A stretch of DNA of 64,000 nucleotides from Flavobacteriaceae bacterium. Lineage in GTDB: Bacteria; Bacteroidota; Bacteroidia; Flavobacteriales; Flavobacteriaceae. Both the position numbers and the translations under genes were made by a program. The stretch covers positions 69,672-133,671 of the forward strand of contig CANGFO010000004.1 of NCBI GenBank assembly GCA_947453195.1. Reading direction: 5' to 3'. The notes under the pieces were generated by a model, which made no database searches, was not told the DNA's origin, and worked only from the letters and a program-made list of their open reading frames with translations. This document shows, piece by piece, positions 10,369 through 18,898 of the stretch; positions within the stretch are counted from its first letter, which is position 1; each line of letters starts with the position of its first letter.

Positions 10369-10394
10369 CTAAACAAATCTTTAAAAACAAAATT

Positions 10395-11432
10395 ATGAAA
10401 AAACTATTACTTTTTTTTATTTCAGCTTTAGCGTTTAACGCACAAGCTCAAGATCAATTTTTCAATTCTGACTGTGAATCATATACTGTCGGAAATATTA
10501 GTACAGATTTAACAGGTGCTACTGCTGGTCAAGGTGGATGGTACACTTACACTCCAACAACAGCTGTTCCTGTAGGAACACTTTCTGATTATCAAGTTGT
10601 AAACAATACGGTTTCAAATTCAAAAGTTCTTCAAGTTTCTGGTTCTTCAGGTGCTGCTGGATCTAGATATTTATCTCAAGATATTTCAACTGCTTGGACA
10701 GGTAGAACATCTGGAAACGACATTGTTCAATTAGAATATGATTTCTTCACAGGAAGTGGTGTTACAACTTCTAAAAATACTTTCAGAACTTACATTTATA
10801 ATAATGATGGTTCTGCAGTAATCGCTGTTGCAGGATTTCATTTTGATCCTGCTACTTTAAAACTAAGCGGTTGGGCTTATTATGATAACGCTGGTACTGC
10901 TGGATATTATATTTTTAATTTAATTACTGGTGGATTAACATTAAGTGCTAATACATGGTATAGAGTTGGAGTTGCTTACGATTATAATACGGGAGACGTA
11001 ACATGGAAAGAAGCTAATGGTTTATTCTATTCAGGAGTTACTGCTGCTTCTTCGGGAATTGATATTTCAGAATGTGACTTTGCAGTAAGTGCTGGTACAA
11101 GTAATACTGTTGCAAATCAATTTCTAGTTGATAATGTAAATATTTCTGCTGTTGCTGTTGAAGCCTTATTAGGTACTAATACGAATTCATTTTCTACTAA
11201 AGATTTTTCTGTATTCCCTAATCCAGCAAAAGATTTTGTAAACGTTTCATCAACTTCTTCTTCAATTAATTCAATTGAAATTTCTGACTTAAATGGAAGA
11301 GTAGTTAAAACAGTAAATGCTATTGATGCTGCAAATGCTCAAGTTAACGTTGCTGATTTATCAACTGGAGTTTACATGATGAAAATAGTTTCTGATAAAG
11401 GAACTACAACTAAAAAGGTTATTAAAGAATAA
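10395..11432 (+). CDS. T9SS type-A sorting domain secreted protein
   Basis: Signal peptide; C-terminal FSVFPNPA..GVYMMKI..TTKKVIKE; Ser/Thr/Gly-rich beta-type body. Confidence 0.9.
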   Translation: MKKLLLFFISALAFNAQAQDQFFNSDCESYTVGNISTDLTGATAGQGGWYTYTPTTAVPVGTLSDYQVVNNTVSNSKVLQVSGSSGAAGSRYLSQDISTAWTGRTSGNDIVQLEYDFFTGSGVTTSKNTFRTYIYNNDGSAVIAVAGFHFDPATLKLSGWAYYDNAGTAGYYIFNLITGGLTLSANTWYRVGVAYDYNTGDVTWKEANGLFYSGVTAASSGIDISECDFAVSAGTSNTVANQFLVDNVNISAVAVEALLGTNTNSFSTKDFSVFPNPAKDFVNVSSTSSSINSIEISDLNGRVVKTVNAIDAANAQVNVADLSTGVYMMKIVSDKGTTTKKVIKE

Positions 11433-11452
11433 TTACTCTTTAATTATATATT

Positions 11453-11485
11453 AAAAAGACTAAGCATTGCTTAGTCTTTTTTTTT
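11453..11485 (+). terminator. Rho-independent terminator
   Basis: aaaaagactaagc-att-gcttagtctttttttt. Confidence 0.85.
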
Positions 11486-11669
11486 GCTATTAATTCAATA
11501 ATAGTATTATAACGAAAGTACTATTTACTTATGACATTCATGATAATTTTACATTTAGTGTAATAAAAAGTCATTATTTTTATATACTATATAATTTTAT
11601 TTTAAAAAAATTACACAATATTCTTTTTTAGATTTGCTAATTTAGTATATTTATGCAAAATTTATATAT

Positions 11670-12089
11670 ATGGAAATAGCAGCATGTCCCAAGTGCCAAA
11701 ATGATACCATAGTAAAAAGTGGTGTAATAAAGGATAGACAAAGGTATTTATGTAAAAAATGCAATTATTACTTTACCGTTAATAAACTTGGAAAAAAAAT
11801 AGATAGTTACTATGTAACCAAGGCTTTGCAACTTTATCTAGAAGGATTAAGTTATCGTGAAATTGAGCGAATTATCGGGGTTTCTCACGTCACAATTAGC
11901 AATTGGGTAAGAGAATTTAAAATTACTAAACCAAATCATACCGATTACCATCCTACGTACAAAATATATAATCATTTAGAATTAGTTGAATTTCTAAAAA
12001 ATAAAGACCAATTAAAGGGGGCAGGGATGATTATAACCGAACTAGGAGATAAGTTCATGCTGATAAAATGGGAACGTTTTAAAGATTAA
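11670..12089 (+). CDS. IS1 InsA-like Zn-ribbon + HTH protein with no transposase partner (probable DNA-binding regulator)
   Basis: CPKC..VKSG...RQRYLCKKC Zn ribbon, then ALQLYLEGLSYREIERIIGVSHVTISNWV HTH; no DDE domain or InsB ORF follows. Confidence 0.8.
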   Translation: MEIAACPKCQNDTIVKSGVIKDRQRYLCKKCNYYFTVNKLGKKIDSYYVTKALQLYLEGLSYREIERIIGVSHVTISNWVREFKITKPNHTDYHPTYKIYNHLELVEFLKNKDQLKGAGMIITELGDKFMLIKWERFKD

Positions 12090-12194
12090 CTATAGTAGTT
12101 TACAAAATTATATACATAATTTTTTTTCATATACCTAATTTTAGAATTTAGTCGAGCAATTAAATTGTATTACTAACCTAAAAATTACCAATTT

Positions 12195-13457
12195 ATGAAA
12201 AAAATTATTTTATTATCCTTTGCAGCTTTTTCTGCAATAGGTTACTCACAAACACCTGCTTCAGCTACTTCTGCTCCAGCAGCTAAAGAATGGGAGGTAA
12301 ATATGTACGGTTTCATTAGAACCGATTACATTTTTGATTCTAGAAAATCTGCTTCGGTAAGAGAAGATGAATTAAATCTTTATCCTTTAGATGTTGCTCC
12401 GGATAATAAAGGAAGTGATATCAATGCCGTTAATCAATCTAATTTCTTATCTGTTGTTTCTAGACTAGGAGTTAAGGCAAAAGGTCCAGATGTATGGGGT
12501 GCAAAAATGAATGGAACTTTAGAAGGTGACTTCTTTGGAAATACCGAATCCAGTCCTTCTTCAATAGGAATGTTTCGTTTGCGTCATGCTTTTGTAACAA
12601 TGGATTGGGCTAAGACTCAATTAACAATGGGGCAAACTTGGTACCCTACATTTATTCCTGAGGTTTTTCCCGGTGTTGCTAACTTCAATACTGGAATTAT
12701 GTTCAATCCTTTTGGATGGGCAACACAAGTTAAATTTAAACATAACTTATCTAAAGTAATATCTTTAGCAGTTACTGCCTATAAAGAAAGAGAGTTTGCA
12801 AACGCTATTGTTTCTCCTGGAACTCAAAATGCTGCTTCAATCAACTCGGCTTTACCTTCATTTAATTTATTATTCCAATTTAAAAACAACAATTGGATTG
12901 CAGGATTAGGAGCTGAATATAAATCACTACAACCACTTACAGATAATGGAGCAACAACAAAATTAGTTACTACTGAAAAAGTAAATAGTTCATCTGTTTT
13001 TGGATATGCTAAATATTCTAATGATAAATTTTCTGTAAAAGCTTATGCTATTTCAGGAGGGAACCTAAATAGCTTGGTGATGCTAGGAGGTTTTACAGGA
13101 ACTACAAATAACGGTATTCAATCATTTGATCCTACTAAAACAACTTCTTATTGGATTGATATTGCAAGTAATGGTAAAAAAGTGGCTCCTGGATTCTTCT
13201 TTGGATCAACTAAAAATAATGGAGCAAGTACTGCAGGAGCTATCTACATGCGTGGCTTAAGTGGACCTAGAGTAGTAGATAATGTTTGGAGAGCTTCAGG
13301 TAGAATTGATTTCAAACAAAACAAATTTAGAGTTTCTCCAGAAATAGAATATACTGCAGCTACATGGGGTGATGTAGATACTTTTGGAAAAGCTGGAGAT
13401 AACAAAACTACTGTTGGAAACATGAGAGTATTAGTTTCCTGCGTATATTCATTTTAA
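12195..13457 (+). CDS. DcaP-like outer-membrane porin
   Basis: Signal peptide, MYGFIRTDYIFD, SRLGVKA, LEGDFFG, FRLRHAF and terminal CVYSF. Confidence 0.8.
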   Translation: MKKIILLSFAAFSAIGYSQTPASATSAPAAKEWEVNMYGFIRTDYIFDSRKSASVREDELNLYPLDVAPDNKGSDINAVNQSNFLSVVSRLGVKAKGPDVWGAKMNGTLEGDFFGNTESSPSSIGMFRLRHAFVTMDWAKTQLTMGQTWYPTFIPEVFPGVANFNTGIMFNPFGWATQVKFKHNLSKVISLAVTAYKEREFANAIVSPGTQNAASINSALPSFNLLFQFKNNNWIAGLGAEYKSLQPLTDNGATTKLVTTEKVNSSSVFGYAKYSNDKFSVKAYAISGGNLNSLVMLGGFTGTTNNGIQSFDPTKTTSYWIDIASNGKKVAPGFFFGSTKNNGASTAGAIYMRGLSGPRVVDNVWRASGRIDFKQNKFRVSPEIEYTAATWGDVDTFGKAGDNKTTVGNMRVLVSCVYSF

Positions 13458-13489
13458 TAATTAACTAACCTATTAATAAAAAATAAAAT

Positions 13490-15286
13490 ATGAGTGATAA
13501 ATCAACAAAAGGAATTTGGAAAGTAATTTCGGCTTCCTCTTTAGGTACGATGATAGAATGGTATGATTTCTACATCTTTGGAAGTTTAGCAGTAGTTTTG
13601 TCTACTAAATTCTTTCCGTCAGACAATCCAACAGCCGCATTCTTATCTACATTAGCAACATTTGCTGCAGGTTTCGTGGTTCGTCCATTTGGTGCCTTAT
13701 TCTTTGGGCGTCTTGGAGATTTAATTGGAAGAAAATATACTTTCATGGTAACCTTAGTTTTAATGGGGGGAGCAACTTTTATGATTGGTTGTATTCCTAG
13801 TTATGAAACAATTGGTTTCATGGCACCTTTATTAGTATTGTTACTTCGTTTACTTCAAGGTTTAGCTCTTGGAGGAGAATATGGTGGAGCAGCAACTTAT
13901 GTAGCTGAGCACGCTCCTAGAGGACAAAGAGGTTATTGGACTTCATGGATTCAAACTACAGCAACTGTAGGTTTAATTATTTCTTTAATGGTAATTTTAA
14001 TTACTAAAGGAATATTATCTAAAGAAGAGTTTGATGCGTGGGGATGGAGAGTTCCATTCTGGGTATCTATCATCATGGTATTTGTTTCGTATTTGATTCG
14101 TAAAAACATGGATGAATCTCCAGTTTTTGCTAAAGCTAAAGCAGAAGGAAAAACGAGTGTAAATCCATTAAAAGAAAGTTTTGGACATAAATTAAATTTG
14201 AAATTTGTTCTTTTAGCTTTATTTGGAGCGACAATGGGACAAGGAGTTGTTTGGTATACTGGGCAATTTTATGCAATGAGTTTCATGAAAACAGTTCAAA
14301 GTATTGATTCTTCTCAAGTAGATACTTTATTAGGAATTGCTTTATTATTGGGTACACCATTCTTTGTATTCTTTGGATGGTTGAGTGATAAAATTGGTAG
14401 AAAAACTATTATGATGGCAGGTATGCTATTGGCTATACTTTTATATCGTCCTATTTACCGTCAGATGTATCATTTAACCGATGCAAAAGAAATGGTAAAA
14501 AATAACATTACCGTTGTAAAAGATAGTTGTAAAGCTATTGGATCATATGTAGCAACTGTTAAAACTGAGGCGGATAAAAAAGATCCATCTGTAAAAAACA
14601 CTAAAATCTTTATTGATTTCAAAACAGATACTTTATATTCTAATGGAGCTAAGTTTCACTTCACAAAAACGGATACTTTATACCTAGCTAAAGAATTAGC
14701 TTATGATGCTAAGGCAGCTGGTAAAAATGAAACGTGGATTAAATACAACTCAAAAGATAAAGCTGGGGTTGTTGTTCACAATGTTGTTAAAGTTAAAAAC
14801 GACTTGAAAGAGGATGAAAAACCAGTAAAAGTGGATACTCTTGCAGCTTTAGCATTGAAAACATTTACAAGTGGAGAAGCTAAAGATAAATCTCACATTG
14901 ATGGAATTAGTGTTAAGCCAAACGTAGCTGTAGTGAAAAATATTACAGACGATGTTAGATGGACTTTAATTTTCTTAATTTTTGTACAAGTAATTTTTGT
15001 AACTATGGTTTACGGGCCTATTGCTGCTTTCTTGGTGGAAATGTTCCCTGTAAAAATTAGATATACGTCGATGTCATTACCTTACCACGTTGGAAATGGC
15101 ATCTTTGGTGGATTATTACCTGCAATTTCAACTTACTTAGTTACAACTGCAAAAGGTACAGGTCCTAAACCATTAAATCCGGAGTTTTACTTAGAAGGAT
15201 TATGGTATCCAATTATCATTGCAGCGGTTTGTTTCGTAATCGGAATGATCTATATTGACAAAAAAATTAATACACTTCACGACTAA
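13490..15286 (+). CDS. MFS metabolite:H+ symporter (MHS family) with a large soluble insertion
   Basis: IEWYDF, FGRLGDLIGRK, GGEYGG, LSDKIGRK and EMFPVKIRYT; ~160 hydrophilic residues inserted in the C-terminal half. Confidence 0.92.
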   Translation: MSDKSTKGIWKVISASSLGTMIEWYDFYIFGSLAVVLSTKFFPSDNPTAAFLSTLATFAAGFVVRPFGALFFGRLGDLIGRKYTFMVTLVLMGGATFMIGCIPSYETIGFMAPLLVLLLRLLQGLALGGEYGGAATYVAEHAPRGQRGYWTSWIQTTATVGLIISLMVILITKGILSKEEFDAWGWRVPFWVSIIMVFVSYLIRKNMDESPVFAKAKAEGKTSVNPLKESFGHKLNLKFVLLALFGATMGQGVVWYTGQFYAMSFMKTVQSIDSSQVDTLLGIALLLGTPFFVFFGWLSDKIGRKTIMMAGMLLAILLYRPIYRQMYHLTDAKEMVKNNITVVKDSCKAIGSYVATVKTEADKKDPSVKNTKIFIDFKTDTLYSNGAKFHFTKTDTLYLAKELAYDAKAAGKNETWIKYNSKDKAGVVVHNVVKVKNDLKEDEKPVKVDTLAALALKTFTSGEAKDKSHIDGISVKPNVAVVKNITDDVRWTLIFLIFVQVIFVTMVYGPIAAFLVEMFPVKIRYTSMSLPYHVGNGIFGGLLPAISTYLVTTAKGTGPKPLNPEFYLEGLWYPIIIAAVCFVIGMIYIDKKINTLHD

Positions 15287-15298
15287 AACCTAGAAATT

Positions 15299-15517
15299 AT
15301 GATGAACGCAATAAAAAAATATATTGGAATAGTATGGATCGCTTTAGCAGCTATTGTCGCTTACTATTGCATCGGAATCTTTGGAGGAAAATTAACCTCT
15401 GGTAAACAAGATGATTTGGTTTTCGGAATTATTATCTTCTTTGTATTACTTCCTTTAGTGGTTACAGGACTTACTATTTTTGGTTGGTATGCTATGACCA
15501 ATGAATATGAAGATTAA
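15299..15517 (+). CDS. Small 2-TM membrane protein (DUF6814-like)
   Basis: 72 aa with two hydrophobic helices, directly after the MFS gene. Confidence 0.7.
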   Translation: MMNAIKKYIGIVWIALAAIVAYYCIGIFGGKLTSGKQDDLVFGIIIFFVLLPLVVTGLTIFGWYAMTNEYED

Positions 15518-15537
15518 TTAGTTACTATTTAACTTGT

Positions 15538-15570
15538 AAAAGCTCTTAGAAATAAGGGCTTTTGCTTTTT
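15538..15570 (+). terminator. Probable rho-independent terminator
   Basis: aaagctctta-gaaa-taagggcttt followed by a T-rich tail. Confidence 0.6.
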
Positions 15571-15641
15571 TAATAAACTTGTTAGCTATTTCTTTTTTCT
15601 TAACTAAAATGTAATTAATTTTAACATCTAATAATAAATAG

Positions 15642-15836
15642 ATGAAAAAAAGACACCAACAAAAAATGCTTATCATATCCTATGTTTTATTCATGGGTTT
15701 TAACATGCCGTTGGTTTTACTTTTTGATTCCTCTGCATCAGCGTTTGGTATTCCATTTATTTACTTTTATTTTTTCACTCTTTGTTTGTTATCTATAGTA
15801 ATATCCTTAATAATTGTAAAACGATATAATGAATAG
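15642..15836 (+). CDS. Small 2-TM partner protein of the SSS-domain kinase
   Basis: 64 aa, two TM helices with FGIP loop; overlaps the kinase start by 8 nt, as small SSS accessory subunits often do. Confidence 0.7.
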   Translation: MKKRHQQKMLIISYVLFMGFNMPLVLLFDSSASAFGIPFIYFYFFTLCLLSIVISLIIVKRYNE

Positions 15837-18516
15837 CATAGTATTATTAGTTATACTTACTGGTTATTTGTCTGTATTATTTTTCATTGCTCATTGGGCA
15901 GAAAAAAATGAAAATAATAAATGGACCAATAATCCGTATGTTTATACTTTATCTCTAGCTGTATATTGTACCGCTTGGACCTATTATGGTAGTATTGGAG
16001 TAGCAGCCGATCATGGCTTAAGCTATTTACCAATATATTTAGGCCCCATAATTATTGCACCTTCGTGGATATTAATTTTGAAAAAAATCATAAGAATATC
16101 TCGAGTAAATAAAATATCTAGCATTGCCGATTTCATCTCTTTACGATACGGGAACAGTCGTTTTTTAGGTGCTATAGTTACAGTTATTTGCCTTGCAGGA
16201 ATATTGCCATACATAGCCTTGCAATTAAAAGCTATTGCAGAAACTTTTCACATTGTTACCAAAACAAAAGCTAGTTCTTTAATATTTAATGATACTACCA
16301 CATATGTTGCCATTGCGTTAGCTCTATTTGCATCTTATTACGGAACTAGATATGTAGACGCCTCCGAAAAAAGAAAAGGAATTGTAACAGCCGTTGCTAT
16401 TGAAAGCGTTTTAAAATTAGTTTTCTTTCTAATAATTGGAATTTATGTTACCTACTTTGTTTTTGATGGGTTTGAGGATATTTATCAAAAAGCATCCTTA
16501 TTAGAACATTTTAAAGAAAAAAATTCCATTGGTGGTCTGCCTCAAGCAATCAATTGGTTTTTACTTTGTATACTTTCCATGTTTGCTATCTTTTTACTAC
16601 CACGACAATTTCAAGTATCAGTAATTGAAAATAACAGAGAAAACCATATCAATACAGCGGTATGGTTGTTTCCTTTGTATTTATTACTGTTCAATATTTT
16701 TGTTTATCCAATAGCTTGGGGAGGAAATATATTATTTGAAGGACAACATGCCAATTCGGATACTTATTCGTTATTAATTCCGCAATTATTTAATCAAAAA
16801 CTACTTACAGTTATGGTTTTCTTTGGAGGATTTTCTGCAGCAATTTCAATGATAGTTGTATCTTCTATTGGTCTTTCTACTATGGTTACAAACAATATTT
16901 TAATTCCATATAATTTAATTGGAAAACTTAAAGGAACAGAAGATTCAATAAGTTCAAGAAAAATTCTAAATACTCGTAAAATGAGTATCTTTTTTCTAAT
17001 CATTTTATCCTACTTAATATATCAATTCTTTGGGCTAGATTATAGTTTAGTTTCTATAGGAATGGTTGCTTTTGTAATTATTGCCCAATTATCTCCTGCT
17101 TTTTTCGGTGCTTTATTTTGGAGAAGAGGATCAAGGCTTGGGGCGATTTCTAGTATTATTGTTGGATTTATTATTTGTGTTTATACGCTGCTTATTCCAT
17201 ATTCTATTGGCACAAGTAATAGTTCGAGTACTTTTATTACAAATGGTTTTATGGGAAATCATTTATTAAAACCATTCCAATTATTTGGATTGGATTATTT
17301 AGATCCAGTTCCGCACGCCTTATTTTGGAGTTTGCTTTTTAATTGGATTACTTATTTTGCTGTTTCAGTTAGTTTTAAAGGCAATTATAGAGAACGGAAT
17401 TACGCCGAAATGTTCGTAGATATAAGTAAATACATCACCAACCACGAGAATGTTTTTGTTTGGAAAGGAACAGCCTACCGAAATGATATCGAGAAAGTAT
17501 TGATACGTTTTCTTGGATTGGAACGAACTAAGCGGGCAATGAATATTTTCAATATTAAATACAACGTAGATAGCAATCAAGAATTAGCTGACGCACGATT
17601 AATTAAGTTTTCCGAAAATTTACTCACAGGTCACATAGGAACTGCCTCTGCAAGAATTTTAATTTCGAGTGTTGTCAAAGAAGAAAAAATTAGTTTGCCT
17701 GAGGTTTTAAAAATATTAGAAGAGTCTAAAGAAAATATTATCATCAACAAAAAACTTACAGAAACTTCTAATGAACTTAAGGAGATTACAGCTAAACTTC
17801 AAATAGCGAACCACTCACTAATTGAAAAAGACAAACAAAAAGATGAATTCCTTGATACCGTTACACATGAGCTAAGAACTCCAATAACTGCTATTAGGGC
17901 GGCTAGTGAAATATTACACGATGATGACGAAATTCCTGAAGAATTAAAAAAACAATTCCTGCAAAACATTATTTCCGAATCGGATCGTTTGAATAGACTG
18001 ATTGATAAAATCTTAGATTTAGAAAAATTTGAAACAGGAAAACAAACCATAAATCCTGAGGTGAATAATCTAGTTGCAACAATTGAAAATTGTATTGAAC
18101 CACTTACTCAATTGATAAAAAACAAAAATATTACCATTGAATTTGATACTAAAAATAGAATAGATGCGTATTATGATGAAGACCGTATAATTCAATTGGT
18201 TACCAATTTGCTTTCTAATGCCATTAAATTTTGTCCAGATAATAAAGGAGTAATATCCATTAACATTGAAACTAAAGGAAATGAAATTTTAACTTCGGTT
18301 ACAGATAATGGGAAAGGAATTAACACATCCGACTTTGAAGCTATATTCGAAAAATTCTATCAATCGAATAATCAAAATATTAAAAAACCTGAGGGTAGTG
18401 GTTTAGGATTAGCTATTTGCAAACAAATTATAGAACATCATAAAGGAACTATTTGGGTAGAACCAAGCGAAATAGGAGCCCAGCTAGTATTTACTTTACC
18501 AATAAAACCAGAATAA
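15829..18516 (+). CDS. SLC5 (Na+:solute symporter)-STAC-histidine kinase, CrbS/CbrA-like
   Basis: N-terminal SSS domain (LSLAVYCTAWTYYGSIG, SIADFISLRYG), STAC-like FSENLLTGHIGTASARIL, H-box THELRTP, and NLLSNAIKF, DNGKG, GSGLGLAIC. No PAS or receiver domain evident. Confidence 0.9.
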   Translation: MNSIVLLVILTGYLSVLFFIAHWAEKNENNKWTNNPYVYTLSLAVYCTAWTYYGSIGVAADHGLSYLPIYLGPIIIAPSWILILKKIIRISRVNKISSIADFISLRYGNSRFLGAIVTVICLAGILPYIALQLKAIAETFHIVTKTKASSLIFNDTTTYVAIALALFASYYGTRYVDASEKRKGIVTAVAIESVLKLVFFLIIGIYVTYFVFDGFEDIYQKASLLEHFKEKNSIGGLPQAINWFLLCILSMFAIFLLPRQFQVSVIENNRENHINTAVWLFPLYLLLFNIFVYPIAWGGNILFEGQHANSDTYSLLIPQLFNQKLLTVMVFFGGFSAAISMIVVSSIGLSTMVTNNILIPYNLIGKLKGTEDSISSRKILNTRKMSIFFLIILSYLIYQFFGLDYSLVSIGMVAFVIIAQLSPAFFGALFWRRGSRLGAISSIIVGFIICVYTLLIPYSIGTSNSSSTFITNGFMGNHLLKPFQLFGLDYLDPVPHALFWSLLFNWITYFAVSVSFKGNYRERNYAEMFVDISKYITNHENVFVWKGTAYRNDIEKVLIRFLGLERTKRAMNIFNIKYNVDSNQELADARLIKFSENLLTGHIGTASARILISSVVKEEKISLPEVLKILEESKENIIINKKLTETSNELKEITAKLQIANHSLIEKDKQKDEFLDTVTHELRTPITAIRAASEILHDDDEIPEELKKQFLQNIISESDRLNRLIDKILDLEKFETGKQTINPEVNNLVATIENCIEPLTQLIKNKNITIEFDTKNRIDAYYDEDRIIQLVTNLLSNAIKFCPDNKGVISINIETKGNEILTSVTDNGKGINTSDFEAIFEKFYQSNNQNIKKPEGSGLGLAICKQIIEHHKGTIWVEPSEIGAQLVFTLPIKPE

Positions 18517-18535
18517 AAAATTGAACCAAATCAAT

Positions 18536-18898
18536 ATGAAAAAGATACTAATCGTAGATGATGAGCCAAATATTGTAATGTCATTAGAATATACTTTCAA
18601 AAAAAATAATTTTGAAGTATATATTGCTCGCGACGGGCAAGAAGCATTAGATATTTTAAAAGCTAAGTTTCCTGATGTTATTATTTTGGATGTCATGATG
18701 CCAATGGTAGATGGGTATGCAACCTTAGAGCAAATTAAAAAAGACAGCAATTTAACCCATACTAAAGTCATTTTTCTTTCTGCAAAAAATAAAGAAAGTG
18801 ATATTGAAAAAGGGATGGCATTAGGTGCTAATGCCTATTTAACTAAGCCGTTTTCAATAAAAAAAGTAGTCGAAAAAGTACAAGAATTAGTAAGTTAG
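18536..18898 (+). CDS. Single-domain response regulator (receiver only)
   Basis: ILIVDDE, LDVMMP, FLSA, KPF. The ATG at 18536 is preferred to the TTG at 18521. Confidence 0.92.
   Translation: MKKILIVDDEPNIVMSLEYTFKKNNFEVYIARDGQEALDILKAKFPDVIILDVMMPMVDGYATLEQIKKDSNLTHTKVIFLSAKNKESDIEKGMALGANAYLTKPFSIKKVVEKVQELVS

Noticed and set aside
11780-11800. A_AAA_AAA slippery site in the InsA-like gene as an IS1-style -1 frameshift
   Set aside because: The -1 frame reaches TAG within two codons (AAT AGA TAG), so no transposase fusion is possible.
11433-12194. An active IS1-family insertion sequence
   Set aside because: No InsB/DDE ORF in any frame downstream, and no terminal inverted repeats or target duplication seen.
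15576-15623. A fourth copy of the acetate-regulon box upstream of the small SSS partner gene
   Set aside because: TTGTTAGCTA matches only 7/10 and its spacing to TAATTTTA is 28 nt rather than 31; not distinguishable from chance in AT-rich DNA.
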